A stretch of 54,909 bases of DNA from Minisyncoccota bacterium (GTDB lineage: Bacteria > Patescibacteriota > Minisyncoccia > Phycocordibacterales > Phycocordibacteraceae): positions 71,529-126,437 of the forward strand of contig JALHQL010000001.1 in the NCBI GenBank assembly GCA_022841985.1, given 5' to 3'. The notes below the pieces were generated by a model. The model was not told the origin of the DNA. It saw only the letters and a program-made list of their open reading frames with translations, and ran no database searches. Below are positions 30,267 through 40,387 of the stretch, piece by piece (positions within the stretch are counted from its first letter, which is position 1; each line of letters opens with the position of its first letter). A program made the position numbers and the translations under genes.

Positions 30267-32489
30267 CTATTTTGCAACAGCGACCGCCTCATCGAATTTA
30301 ACTGAAAGAAGCTTGGAGACACCATCGCCACCCATCGTAACGCCGTAGAGTGTGTTCGCGCGGCTCATGGTCTCGCGATTATGAGTGATGACGATGAGCT
30401 GCGACCTCTTCGCGAGATTCTCGATCATGTCGCCGTAGCGGCGACTATTTGCTTCATCGAGCGCCGCATCAGTCTCATCGAGTATGAGGAACGGCGGAGG
30501 GTTCACCTGACTCATCGCAAATATGAGTGCGATCGACGTGAGTGCGCGCTCGCCGCCCGAGAGCTGCATGAGCGAGCGCACCTTCTTCTTCGGAAGATTA
30601 ACGACAATCTCGATACCTAATCTTTCTTTCTCTTTCGGCGACTCATCGGTTTTCTCTTCACCATATTCGGCATCACTCATTTCAGTTTCCTCCGCTTCCT
30701 CGAGCGCGAGTCGCGCGCTGCCACCGCCGAACATGAGAGCGAAATATTCGCTAAAAGATGCATTCACCTTTGCAAGACCTTCAGAGAAATACTTTGCGAG
30801 TTCAGTATCTAAATCATTGATGAGCGCGCGTAGTCCTGTTGCCGACTTCGCAAGATCCTCAAGCTCAGTAGCAAGAAATGCCTCTCGCTCGGAAATTTCT
30901 TTATGCTCCTGTCGAATATCTTCGCCCGTGCCGCCAGCTTCTTCCAGGCGGATCTTGGTGCGCTCCAGAACACGTTTGCGCGCATCCTGTGCATGACGTT
31001 CTTCATCTGGCAATTGCGCTAGGGGCGAGTAAGAAACTGCTGCGGCACCACCAAGAGCAAGCATCTCGCCCTTCTCGCGTTCAAGTGCTTCAGAAAGAAG
31101 ATTGAGTTCGTATTCACGCGCCTCGCTCTTCGCAACAGTACTTTCCTCATGTGCCTTTGCTTGTGCGAGATCAAGAATACGGCGACGCACCTCGCGACCC
31201 GTTTCATCGTGTGCAGTTAAAGCTTCCCGATTCCTTAAGAGCGCAGATTTTGCTCGTTCAAGCTCTTCAGAAAGGTTCGCTTCTTTTGCAAGAAGTTCTG
31301 TTTGTTCATTGCGCAGCGTATACGCGGTGCGTTCCTCCTCAGCAAGAAAATCGTCGGTTGGCGCGACAAACCGATGCACAAATGCAGTAACCGCTTTACG
31401 CAGTGCGGAAAATGCAGCGACAATGGCATCCGGAGTCTTAGCTTCTTCTGCCTGTTTTTCGATTTCCCTTGCGAGTTCAATGAGATCTCCGCGCGGAATC
31501 TTCGCATACGGTTCGCGCGCGGCCCGGGTACTGTGCTCGGTAACAGACGCAAGCGCTCCTTCAACACGACCAATATTGCGTGCGAGAAGCTCTCTCTCAC
31601 CGTTTATACGTTCGATGTCACGCTCCGTCTTACGTACGATACCAAGATACTTCACACCCTCGGTGTCGGATGTTGCACGTTCTTCTATAGCCGAAAGCTC
31701 GGCGGACGTCGTCGCACACTTTTCTGTAGCATCCCGTTTCTCTCCGGCAATTTTTACTTTTTCGTGCGCCAAAAATGCATCTTCGATTGCGAAATATGTC
31801 TGTGCAAGACCGACAAGTTCCGTACGGAGTGAGTCGGCGCGTTCGAGTTTCTTTACCTGATTCTCAAGAAAACGTACGTGCGGTGCGAGCTCCCGGCGCA
31901 ACGAATTAACCTGGCTGATATTCTCTTCGGTCTTCACGAGCTTCTTCTCGGCTTCTTGCTTCTTGAATTCATAGATCTTGAGCCCAAGCGCATCCTCGAG
32001 CATCGCACGACGATCGCGGGGCGACGCGAGCAATATTCGGTCCGCCTCCCCTTGAGAAATAATGTGGTGGCCCGTCTCGCCGATGTTTGCGCCCGCAAGG
32101 AGCTCCTCGATGTCACGCAGGCGTACCTTCGAGCCATTGATGGAGTATTCGCTCGTTCCGTCGCGCAACACTACCCGTTCAATCACCACCTCGTCAAAGT
32201 CGATCTTAAATGGTCGATACGCGCCTTTTGGCCGATTATCAAAAACAATCGCGACCGCTGCACGATTCGCACGCGGAGAGGAATGTGAGCCATTAAAAAT
32301 AAGATCCTCCGCGCGTTTGCCACGCATACTCTTCATCGATTGTTCACCGAGCGCAAAACGGAACGCCTCGGCAACATTACTTTTGCCTGAACCATTCGGA
32401 CCGACAATAGCTGTCGTGGAACTCAAAAAGTCCAAGACGGTCTTCTTGGCGAATGACTTAAATCCGACGACTTCCAATCGCTTGAGCAT
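30267..32489 (-). CDS. smc: SMC family ATPase (short, 740 aa)
   Basis: GFKSFA, GPNGSGKSN, IISQG, LSGGE, LDETDAALD, VITH; adjacent to rnc. Confidence 0.9.
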   Translation of the reverse strand: MLKRLEVVGFKSFAKKTVLDFLSSTTAIVGPNGSGKSNVAEAFRFALGEQSMKSMRGKRAEDLIFNGSHSSPRANRAAVAIVFDNRPKGAYRPFKIDFDEVVIERVVLRDGTSEYSINGSKVRLRDIEELLAGANIGETGHHIISQGEADRILLASPRDRRAMLEDALGLKIYEFKKQEAEKKLVKTEENISQVNSLRRELAPHVRFLENQVKKLERADSLRTELVGLAQTYFAIEDAFLAHEKVKIAGEKRDATEKCATTSAELSAIEERATSDTEGVKYLGIVRKTERDIERINGERELLARNIGRVEGALASVTEHSTRAAREPYAKIPRGDLIELAREIEKQAEEAKTPDAIVAAFSALRKAVTAFVHRFVAPTDDFLAEEERTAYTLRNEQTELLAKEANLSEELERAKSALLRNREALTAHDETGREVRRRILDLAQAKAHEESTVAKSEAREYELNLLSEALEREKGEMLALGGAAAVSYSPLAQLPDEERHAQDARKRVLERTKIRLEEAGGTGEDIRQEHKEISEREAFLATELEDLAKSATGLRALINDLDTELAKYFSEGLAKVNASFSEYFALMFGGGSARLALEEAEETEMSDAEYGEEKTDESPKEKERLGIEIVVNLPKKKVRSLMQLSGGERALTSIALIFAMSQVNPPPFLILDETDAALDEANSRRYGDMIENLAKRSQLIVITHNRETMSRANTLYGVTMGGDGVSKLLSVKFDEAVAVAK

Positions 32490-32521
32490 TGCCAGGCTAT
32501 TGTAACAAATAGAAAAACTGA

Positions 32522-33214
32522 TTAGGACCACTTCATCGCCCTCAGTCCTGCCTCTGCAGCTGATTGCTCTGCCTCCTGCTTGCTCTGTCCTTCGCCACGG
32601 GCAATCTCCTCATCAGCAATAAAAACGCCGATGGTAAAACGCTTGTTGTGGTCGGGGCCGACTTCAGAGAGCGTTTCATACGCTGGAGTGGTTCCCTTCT
32701 TCTCCTGCGCGATTTCCTGGAAGCGGCTCTTCGCATCTTGATAGGAGCGTTTCGAAATGACCTCGTCGATTTTATGGTAAAGATTTTTTGCGATAAATGC
32801 CTCGGCATTTTTATAGCCCGAGTCGAGATAAATCGCACCGATGATTGCCTCGAGCGCATCCGCACGTATGACCTCACGTGCGCGACCAGTGTCTTTCGAC
32901 TCGCCTTTTGAGAGCAAAAGAAAATCATTGACGCCAAGCGCCTGCGCAGTCGCAGCGAGCGAGACCGTGTTTACCAAAGCGGCGCGGTAACTTGTGAGCT
33001 CACCTTCGGGAGTCGTTGGAAATTTCTTAAATAGGAAGTCGGTCACTGCAAGTTCAAGGACCGCATCACCGAGAAATTCGAGGCGCTCATTATGACTACC
33101 GGCATATTCGCGATGTTCATTTAGGTAGGAACGATGCGTTAGAGCCTCGATAAGGAGGCTAGGGTTACTGAATGAGAGACCGAGTCGCTCTGCAAATGAA
33201 GAAAAATCTGGCAT
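32522..33214 (-). CDS. rnc: Ribonuclease III
   Basis: NERLEFLGDAVL, ADALEAIIGA, dsRBD KQEAEQSAA. Confidence 0.97.
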   Translation of the reverse strand: MPDFSSFAERLGLSFSNPSLLIEALTHRSYLNEHREYAGSHNERLEFLGDAVLELAVTDFLFKKFPTTPEGELTSYRAALVNTVSLAATAQALGVNDFLLLSKGESKDTGRAREVIRADALEAIIGAIYLDSGYKNAEAFIAKNLYHKIDEVISKRSYQDAKSRFQEIAQEKKGTTPAYETLSEVGPDHNKRFTIGVFIADEEIARGEGQSKQEAEQSAAEAGLRAMKWS

Positions 33215-33262
33215 GCAAGACAGTATGCGGTAGGAGATACGAAAAGAAAAGCCTTAGCGTTT

Positions 33263-34162
33263 CTACGCTTTAGTACCTGCCCGATCCAATAATTTCTGAA
33301 CAGCGGCCGTAACAATCGGTAACATATCGTCATAAAAGTTTAGATCGATGATGTCCTGAAGACGGAACCATTTTGCATCATCTAGGCCGCCGCTTTTTTT
33401 CAGTACGAGCGGCTCAAACTCAGACGAGGCAAGGAAGAACCATACATGCTTGCGCACTTTTCCTTTCTCCGGATGTGAAGCGACGTACTCATTCTCTCCG
33501 ATTTGATTCCCCACTTTTGCGTCAAGACCAAGCTCTTCTTTTATTACGCGCGCCACACCCACTTCTGGCGATGAATCCTCTTCTATGTGCCCTTTCGAGA
33601 GCGTCCAACGTCCGAAAACATCGTGTACGAGCGCGAGATAGTACTGGCCGTTATGCTCGGCGTAGACGATAGCCCCACCCATTTTTTCTAAAGGCAGCTC
33701 CTCGCGTTTCATCTTCTTGCCTCCTTGTTCGTCTTTGCCCGGCTCGCCGAGCTCCTTGTAGACTGCGCCCAAAACGCCGTTTATAAACCGGCCAGAAGAG
33801 TCACCGCTAAAAGTCTTGGCGAGCTCGATAGCTTCATTAATGGCGACTTTCGCCGGCACCTGCGTACGATCAGCAAAGAGAAGCTCATAGAGCCCGAGAC
33901 GCAAGATATTGCGATCGACCGGAGCGATGCGTTCAAGCGGCCACTCGGGTGCGGCTTTCCCAATAACGAGATCGATATCCTCTTTCTTGGCAAGCACTCC
34001 AGTGAGAAGACGGTCCATAAACGACTGATCGACATCATTGCCTCCAAACTCCGTGACATTGCGTGCAAGAATTCCCGCAGCATCTTTCTCAGATGCGTGA
34101 GTCGTATCCCACTCGAAGAGTGTCTGAAGAACGATGGAGCGTGCTAGATGTCGGTTCGCCAT
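33263..34162 (-). CDS. nusB: Transcription antitermination factor NusB fused to Nudix-like domain
   Basis: RHLAR, DRNILRLG, VAINEAIELAK, FINGVLG; C-terminal WTLSKGHIE...KEELG. Confidence 0.92.
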   Translation of the reverse strand: MANRHLARSIVLQTLFEWDTTHASEKDAAGILARNVTEFGGNDVDQSFMDRLLTGVLAKKEDIDLVIGKAAPEWPLERIAPVDRNILRLGLYELLFADRTQVPAKVAINEAIELAKTFSGDSSGRFINGVLGAVYKELGEPGKDEQGGKKMKREELPLEKMGGAIVYAEHNGQYYLALVHDVFGRWTLSKGHIEEDSSPEVGVARVIKEELGLDAKVGNQIGENEYVASHPEKGKVRKHVWFFLASSEFEPLVLKKSGGLDDAKWFRLQDIIDLNFYDDMLPIVTAAVQKLLDRAGTKA

Positions 34163-34245
34163 GGAAAGAACTTAGAAGTTAGAGTAACAGACTGAATCGG
34201 CCGCGCAAGAGCGCGGCCGTAACAACTGTGAGTAGTATGAAAAGA

Positions 34246-34599
34246 TTACACTCCACCGCCGAAACCGCTACGCGCTTTCGGACGTCCGCCCGTCGCTACT
34301 TTCCCAGTAATTCCTTTTGAACTTTTTGCTTCCGCATTCGCATGCTCTGCATGTGCATGTTCATGAACATGCTCAACAGAAGCCGCAGTCGAAGGGCCTT
34401 TCACTTTCGGCGCATGCACACGCGCTGCACGAGGTGCCGCAATCTGCTTGCCGCGATACATACCCGTAGCTTCATCGAGACGATGTGGAAGACGAAGATT
34501 GCCGCTTTCCTTGTCCTTGATTACGTTACCCCCCACGAGCGCGTGGTGAGACCGGCGGTTATTAGTATGCCCCCTCGTATGACGCATTCGGATTGACAT
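34246..34599 (-). CDS. rpmF: 50S ribosomal protein L32 (Cys-less) with long His-rich C-terminal extension
   Basis: RHTRGHTNNRRSHHAL, LPHRL, GMYRG; upstream of nusB-rnc. Confidence 0.85.
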   Translation of the reverse strand: MSIRMRHTRGHTNNRRSHHALVGGNVIKDKESGNLRLPHRLDEATGMYRGKQIAAPRAARVHAPKVKGPSTAASVEHVHEHAHAEHANAEAKSSKGITGKVATGGRPKARSGFGGGV

Positions 34600-34663
34600 G
34601 TGAAGTACGTTACCACGCGGCAGATAAAAAAGGAAGCTCTTGTATGAGTCTCCTGAGCGCTAT

Positions 34664-36040
34664 TTAAAACAAGGTAGCAACTGCCGCGATACCCGAAATA
34701 CCCATGACCACGATAGTGACCCACCCCACAAATGCAACAAACGGGCGATTGGCGTACTCTCCCATGAGGTGCCGACTGCTCGAGAGACGGACGACAAAGA
34801 ATAGGATGAACGGTGCGATGACACCATTTATGACTGCGGCATAGATAAGCCCGCGTATCGGATCGAGATGCATGAAGTTCGCGATGATGCCGAGCGTCAT
34901 CGCGACGATGATGACACCATAGAATGCTCGCGCTTGTTTCAATTTAAGATATAAACCGTGCTTCCACCCGAAACTCTCACTGATTGCGTACGCGGTCGAG
35001 CCCGCTAAGACTGGTACCGCTAAGAGCCCTGTTCCGACGATGCCGAGCGCAAAGAGAAGGAAGGCAAATTCTCCAAAGGGACGTAGCGCAAGAGCTGCCT
35101 GATCCGCAGTGATGATATCCGTGATGCCGTTCGAGTAGAGCGTTCCGGCAACTGCGGCGAAGATGAAGAACGCGATGAGATTAGAGAAGAACATCCCGCT
35201 CCATACGTCCGTACGCATCTTCTTCAAGATATGCGGATTCATCTGTGCGCGACGCTCTGCGATGGTCGTCTCCCCACGCAAGATACTCTCTTCGACTTCT
35301 TGTGAAGTTTGCCAGAAGAAGAGATAGGGAGAAATGGTCGTCCCAAGTATGGCGCAGATGAGAAAAATTTGGTCTTTGGAAAAGGTAAGCGAAGGGATAA
35401 ATGTGTGGCGGAGAACAGCACCCCAGTCGAGCCCTATGGAAAATGCGACAACGACGTACGAAAGAAGTGCGAACGTCAGATATTTCAGATATTTTGCATA
35501 CCGCGCATACGGAGTAAATATCTGAAGTATAAGACTGACCAGTGCAAAAAAGATAACGAACATTTCTAGCCCGATACTCGGGAAAAGGAGCCGTGATGCC
35601 GCTGCCATCATGCCAAGATCGGCAGCGATATTGAACACGTTTGCAAAAAGGAGAAGTATCGTTACTGTGTGTAACGCACTTGGAGAATACTGATGACGAA
35701 TATTTGCTGCGAGACCCTGTCCCGAGACGAGTCCAATGCGAGCACACATCTCTTGCACCGTAGCCATGAAAGGATACGTGAAGAGCGAGAGCCAGATGAG
35801 TTGCAGACCATATTTGGCACCCGCCTGCGAATATGCGGCGATACCGGAAGGATCGTCGTCGGCCGCGCCAGTGGTGAGCCCGGGACCAAGCGTACCCCAA
35901 TATTCTTTCACGCGTTTGAACGGCTTCTTGCTGGCAAGAACTCTTTCTTCCTTCTCTATGAAAACAACTCCTTCCTCGAGAAGTTTCGCAGGCGCTTCAA
36001 ATAGCTCTTCGGCTTCTTCTTGAAATTTCTTCTTTTCCAT
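34664..36040 (-). CDS. NRAMP-family divalent metal transporter
   Basis: LGPGLTTGAADDDPSG, GTTISPYLFFWQ, many TM helices. Confidence 0.9.
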   Translation of the reverse strand: MEKKKFQEEAEELFEAPAKLLEEGVVFIEKEERVLASKKPFKRVKEYWGTLGPGLTTGAADDDPSGIAAYSQAGAKYGLQLIWLSLFTYPFMATVQEMCARIGLVSGQGLAANIRHQYSPSALHTVTILLLFANVFNIAADLGMMAAASRLLFPSIGLEMFVIFFALVSLILQIFTPYARYAKYLKYLTFALLSYVVVAFSIGLDWGAVLRHTFIPSLTFSKDQIFLICAILGTTISPYLFFWQTSQEVEESILRGETTIAERRAQMNPHILKKMRTDVWSGMFFSNLIAFFIFAAVAGTLYSNGITDIITADQAALALRPFGEFAFLLFALGIVGTGLLAVPVLAGSTAYAISESFGWKHGLYLKLKQARAFYGVIIVAMTLGIIANFMHLDPIRGLIYAAVINGVIAPFILFFVVRLSSSRHLMGEYANRPFVAFVGWVTIVVMGISGIAAVATLF

Positions 36041-36093
36041 ATCTATTCTTTCATCATACCTGCTTCGCCCATAAACCAGAACGTACTCATCCC

Positions 36094-36948
36094 TCAATGG
36101 GTACGAATAAAAGTTCCTTCGTGCAATTCTCGAAACGCCTCTCGCAACTCTTCGTCGGTATTCATCACGATAGGGCCATGCCATGCAATCGGCTCATTGA
36201 GCGGCAGACCGCTGATGAGCAGGAAGCGCGCACCCGAGACGGGTGCGCGCAAATTAAGCACGTCGCCATCGCGATCAAAAAGCAGGATAGTACCTGGCGC
36301 ATAGTACGTTGGTTCGCTAGCATCCACCGCAAGCGCACCCTCGACAACATATGCAAACGCGGTATGCCCAGCAACTATCGGAATTGAAACTGAGCCGTTT
36401 GCGTCAAGTGACACATCTGCATAGAGAGGATTGCCGGCAATCGACTTAAGCGGACCTACGACACCGGAAATCTCTCCTGAAATAATGCGCACCCTTGCAA
36501 AATTCCCGAGTGAGATTTTGGGGACTGTCGTTCCTTTAAGATCTTGGTAACGCGGTGGCGCCATCTTGTCTTTCTTTGGTAGATTTACCCAGAGTTGGAA
36601 ACCGCGAATGCCATGTGCACTCGCAGGCATCTCCTCGTGAATAATGCCGCTCCCAGCCGTCATCCATTGAATGGCCCCATTCTCAATTACCCCTTCATTC
36701 CCGAGACTGTCTTTGTGGCGTACTGCCCCATCAAGAATATACGTGACAGTCTCCATGCCACGATGGGGATGCCATGGAAATCCGGCAAGATAGTGCTCAG
36801 GAACGTTCGAACTAAAATCATCAAACAGAAGAAACGGATCGAATTGCGACATTTCAATATTCGAAAATCCCCGCTTCAAACGCACACCCGCACCTTCGAG
36901 AACATCTTTCGCTTTAAAGGTGGCGACGAGCTGACGCGGAGTGTTCAT
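36094..36948 (-). CDS. Pirin family protein
   Basis: EGAGV, DPFLLFD, HPHRGMETVTY, WMTAGSGIIHEE, GPIVMN. Confidence 0.95.
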   Translation of the reverse strand: MNTPRQLVATFKAKDVLEGAGVRLKRGFSNIEMSQFDPFLLFDDFSSNVPEHYLAGFPWHPHRGMETVTYILDGAVRHKDSLGNEGVIENGAIQWMTAGSGIIHEEMPASAHGIRGFQLWVNLPKKDKMAPPRYQDLKGTTVPKISLGNFARVRIISGEISGVVGPLKSIAGNPLYADVSLDANGSVSIPIVAGHTAFAYVVEGALAVDASEPTYYAPGTILLFDRDGDVLNLRAPVSGARFLLISGLPLNEPIAWHGPIVMNTDEELREAFRELHEGTFIRTH

Positions 36949-38405
36949 TTCTCTAAATCAAGAATTTCATCAATACGAATCTGAGCGACGAATTCCGGCA
37001 CGTGCGAAACGAGTATCATCGTACCTGCATATGCATCGAGCGCTTTTGCGATGACAGGCAAATGGCGGAAGTTTATGTGATTTGTCGGCTCATCGAGAAT
37101 AAGAAGTCCCGGACGCTCGAGTACTAGAGATGCAAAAGCGACTAACCCCTTCTGCCCTTCAGACAGACTTCCGATCTTTGTGTGTATGACATCCGCAGTG
37201 AGCAGGAACCCGGCAGCAGTGGCTCGCAGTCGCTCCTCATCCGGCTTTCCCATCGCCTGCTCGAGTGCCTTGTAGACAGTCTGATCAAAATCGAGCGTGG
37301 AGAAATCTTGGCGATAGTAGCCGACCTTTATTCCTTCAGCAATGAACGACCCTTCAGCAACACCACGCGCAATCGATTCAAGAAGCGTACTCTTACCAAT
37401 GCCGTTTGGTCCGCGGAGCAAAAGGTGCTGATTTTTACGGAGCACGATATTTGCCTTCTTTGTCACAGGCTTTCTCCCTTTCAAGACCGTATAGGACGTG
37501 AGAGTGAGCACCGTACCCCCGAGGTTCTCTTGTGTAGGAATAGCAAAAGGCCGAATGGTCCGATCTTCCTTACGGACATCCACTTTTGCCTCCTCCATCT
37601 CCTCGACCTCAGTGCGCATCTTCTTCGCTACGAGACGCATCTTTCCTCCCTTCTGCGCAAAGAAGTTTGCTTTGTCCTTATTCTCCTGAATCTTCTTCTC
37701 GAGCTGTGCGTTCTTACGATTCTCTTTTTCGATACGCATCAAAATGTCGCGCTGTACATCGTGATAATTTCCCGGATACTGCTCGATTTTGCGCGTGAAG
37801 ATATCAAGGTATAGGACACCAGTCGTGAATGCATTCAAGAAATCAGCATCGTGCGAAATGACGACGACCGTCTTCGGATACTCGACAAGAAACTTTGTGA
37901 GGTGTCGAATACCGGCCGTATCGAGATTGTTCGTTGGTTCATCTAGAAGGAGCAGGTCGGGATTCTGGATGAGCGCCGAGGCAAGAAGAAGGCGCGCCTG
38001 TTGCCCGCCGGAGAAACTCTTCACGATGCGGTCATGCAATTTCGCATGATGTTCCAGATTTACTACCTCGAGCACCTCATCGATCCGGGGATCGATGTCA
38101 TACACCGGTTCCGTAAAACACTTTTGAAAGAATTCACGCACCGTGAGATCCATGCGGTCGCGCGGTATCACCTGCGGTGCAGTCGCCACCCTCATGCCGT
38201 GCGACACATGTATCTCGCCGTCCTCGGGTTTATTCTCGCCCGTCATCAGTCCGAAGAGCGTCGACTTCCCCGCGCCGTTCTGACCCATGACAGCCATCTT
38301 CATCCCTCTGCGCAGCGCGAAATCCACCTCATCGAGGATTGGCTTATTGTGCCCGTATTCAAACGAAACTTTTTCGAAGCGTATGACGCTTTCTTCGCGA
38401 CCCAT
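36945..38405 (-). CDS. ABC-F family ATPase
   Basis: Two NBDs (GQNGAGKS/FSGGQ/DEPTNN and GPNGIGKS/LSEGQ/DEPTNH), no TM segments. Confidence 0.92.
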   Translation of the reverse strand: MGREESVIRFEKVSFEYGHNKPILDEVDFALRRGMKMAVMGQNGAGKSTLFGLMTGENKPEDGEIHVSHGMRVATAPQVIPRDRMDLTVREFFQKCFTEPVYDIDPRIDEVLEVVNLEHHAKLHDRIVKSFSGGQQARLLLASALIQNPDLLLLDEPTNNLDTAGIRHLTKFLVEYPKTVVVISHDADFLNAFTTGVLYLDIFTRKIEQYPGNYHDVQRDILMRIEKENRKNAQLEKKIQENKDKANFFAQKGGKMRLVAKKMRTEVEEMEEAKVDVRKEDRTIRPFAIPTQENLGGTVLTLTSYTVLKGRKPVTKKANIVLRKNQHLLLRGPNGIGKSTLLESIARGVAEGSFIAEGIKVGYYRQDFSTLDFDQTVYKALEQAMGKPDEERLRATAAGFLLTADVIHTKIGSLSEGQKGLVAFASLVLERPGLLILDEPTNHINFRHLPVIAKALDAYAGTMILVSHVPEFVAQIRIDEILDLEK

Positions 38406-38480
38406 ACATTCACCCTAACGCATTTTTAAGGAAAATGGAAAAGTGCTGGATTACCAACGGAAAAAACGTATAGTGTCATC

Positions 38481-39221
38481 ATGCTGAAAACAGTTTCAAA
38501 GACTGCGGACGAGTACCCAATGCGTATCAATAAATACCTTGCAAAGGAGGGTATCGCTACTCGTCGTGGCGCAGATGAACTCGTAGCAAGGGGAAAAGTA
38601 CTGATTAATGGCCGTGTAGCTCTCCTCGGCGAGAAAATCAATAAAGACGACAAGATCGAGCTGCGTGGGAAAACCACTCCAAAGAATTACCTGTATTTTG
38701 CGTACAACAAACCGGTCGGCGTCATCACCCACTCGCCGCAAGAAGGAGAGAAAGATATAAAACAGAGCGTAGAGACCGCTCCTGAACTGCAGGAAGTGTT
38801 CCCTATCGGCCGACTCGACAAGGACTCAAGCGGCCTTATCATTCTCACAAATGACGGTCGGGTAACTGACAGACTTTTGAATCCAGAATACGAGCATGAC
38901 AAGGAGTATCGCGTACGAACCCTTGATCCCATTCGCGACAGTTTTAAGAAATATATGGAAGCGGGCGTCGACATCGAAGGATACCTGACAAAAAACTGCA
39001 TCGTACGCAAGACCGGTCCGAAGAGCTTCAACATCACACTGACCGAGGGGAAAAAGCATCAGATACGCCGGATGGTTTCGGCAATGCACAACACTGTCGT
39101 TGACTTGGAACGGACGCGCATACTGAATATTCGGCTCGATGGCCTTAAGCCGGGCACGTGGAGAGCGGTCGAGGGCGAAGAATTAAAAATGTTCCTCTCT
39201 CGAATTGGGATCACTGGCTAA
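38481..39221 (+). CDS. rRNA pseudouridine synthase, RsuA/RluB/RluF family with S4 domain
   Basis: RINKYLA..G..TRRGAD, GRLDKDSSGL, LTEGKKHQIRRM. Confidence 0.93.
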   Translation: MLKTVSKTADEYPMRINKYLAKEGIATRRGADELVARGKVLINGRVALLGEKINKDDKIELRGKTTPKNYLYFAYNKPVGVITHSPQEGEKDIKQSVETAPELQEVFPIGRLDKDSSGLIILTNDGRVTDRLLNPEYEHDKEYRVRTLDPIRDSFKKYMEAGVDIEGYLTKNCIVRKTGPKSFNITLTEGKKHQIRRMVSAMHNTVVDLERTRILNIRLDGLKPGTWRAVEGEELKMFLSRIGITG

Positions 39222-39249
39222 CGGTACGGAAACGAGTCGCAAACGAGCT

Positions 39250-39864
39250 TCATTTGATCACTTCCGTAAGTACTGGGTAGATGCGCTCGGCAATAATTCC
39301 GTAGCCGGCGGCATTGGGATGAATCGCGTCCGTCATGTATTGACCATTCCCCAAGAGCCCATCAAGCACGTCCGATACAAAAGCAGTTTGATACGTGTCT
39401 CGTAGATTTTTAAACTCAGCGGCAAAACGATCATTTAAAATTCCTCCTCGCACGCCAAGCAAGAGAACAATAGACCCGCGAGCCTGAATATCCTGAATGA
39501 GGATTTCAAGATTTTTGCGCGTATCTGAAATGGGTATTTTTCTCAGATAATCGTTGCCACCAAGCAAGAGAAGGACAACTTTTGGATTATAGGCATCAAG
39601 CTGGTCGATGCGTGCGACCCCGTCCGCAGTTGTGTCTCCCGCATGCCCCAAATTAATAATAGGTTGTCCTATTTTTTGAGAAAGCAACGATACAAAATCA
39701 TCGCCATCTGCTGCCCCTACACCCTCGACCAAACTATCCCCGAAAGCAATGATGTCCGTTCCTTCCGACGGATAGTTAGCGACTGTTTCAGTCTGGAAAT
39801 AGAAAAAACTGAGCACCGCAAATATTGCGAAAAGAATACTAGGAATAAGTATCCGAAATTTCAT
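39250..39864 (-). CDS. GDSL/SGNH hydrolase (TesA-like), membrane anchored
   Basis: FGDSL, GGND, DAIHPN. Confidence 0.92.
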   Translation of the reverse strand: MKFRILIPSILFAIFAVLSFFYFQTETVANYPSEGTDIIAFGDSLVEGVGAADGDDFVSLLSQKIGQPIINLGHAGDTTADGVARIDQLDAYNPKVVLLLLGGNDYLRKIPISDTRKNLEILIQDIQARGSIVLLLGVRGGILNDRFAAEFKNLRDTYQTAFVSDVLDGLLGNGQYMTDAIHPNAAGYGIIAERIYPVLTEVIK

Positions 39865-39921
39865 TTTGCTGCGAGCCTATTCGATGTACGCAATTCTCCC
39901 GTTGGCACCCCGACGAAAAAA

Positions 39922-40293
39922 TCAACTGAGATAGAACAAGTACACTCCGGCGATGATTGCGATGAGGCCGTACAGACTAAGAGAATTCAGAACTTTTTTA
40001 TTAACCATTCTATGGAGCGCCTCCGGAAAGAAAATATAGGCCGCCCCTTTAAACAGAACCATCCACATGAGGACAGTCACAGCAGTACGCCACGAGCCGT
40101 CCCATACATTATGCTCGACAAGAAAGAGCGACGACAAGAAGATCAAGATAACGCCAGTGAGATAAACGATGGCTGGATGATCAAAGAAATCCTGGAGTAA
40201 ATGCGGAAGTGTCTTCCCTTTGAAGATAAGGAAACACCCGCTAACGACTAGATATACCCCCAACACTTTTGCAACAAGCAGTGAAATTTCCAT
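39922..40293 (-). CDS. Hypothetical 4-TM membrane protein
   Basis: Four hydrophobic segments, HNVW motif. Confidence 0.75.
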   Translation of the reverse strand: MEISLLVAKVLGVYLVVSGCFLIFKGKTLPHLLQDFFDHPAIVYLTGVILIFLSSLFLVEHNVWDGSWRTAVTVLMWMVLFKGAAYIFFPEALHRMVNKKVLNSLSLYGLIAIIAGVYLFYLS

Positions 40294-40387
40294 AGCGGAC
40301 TGGTAATTGATAATACGTTAAGTATACACCTCTCCCCATTCCTTCGAGATACGATGAGTCGAATAGTTTACACTGTATGGCATACCT

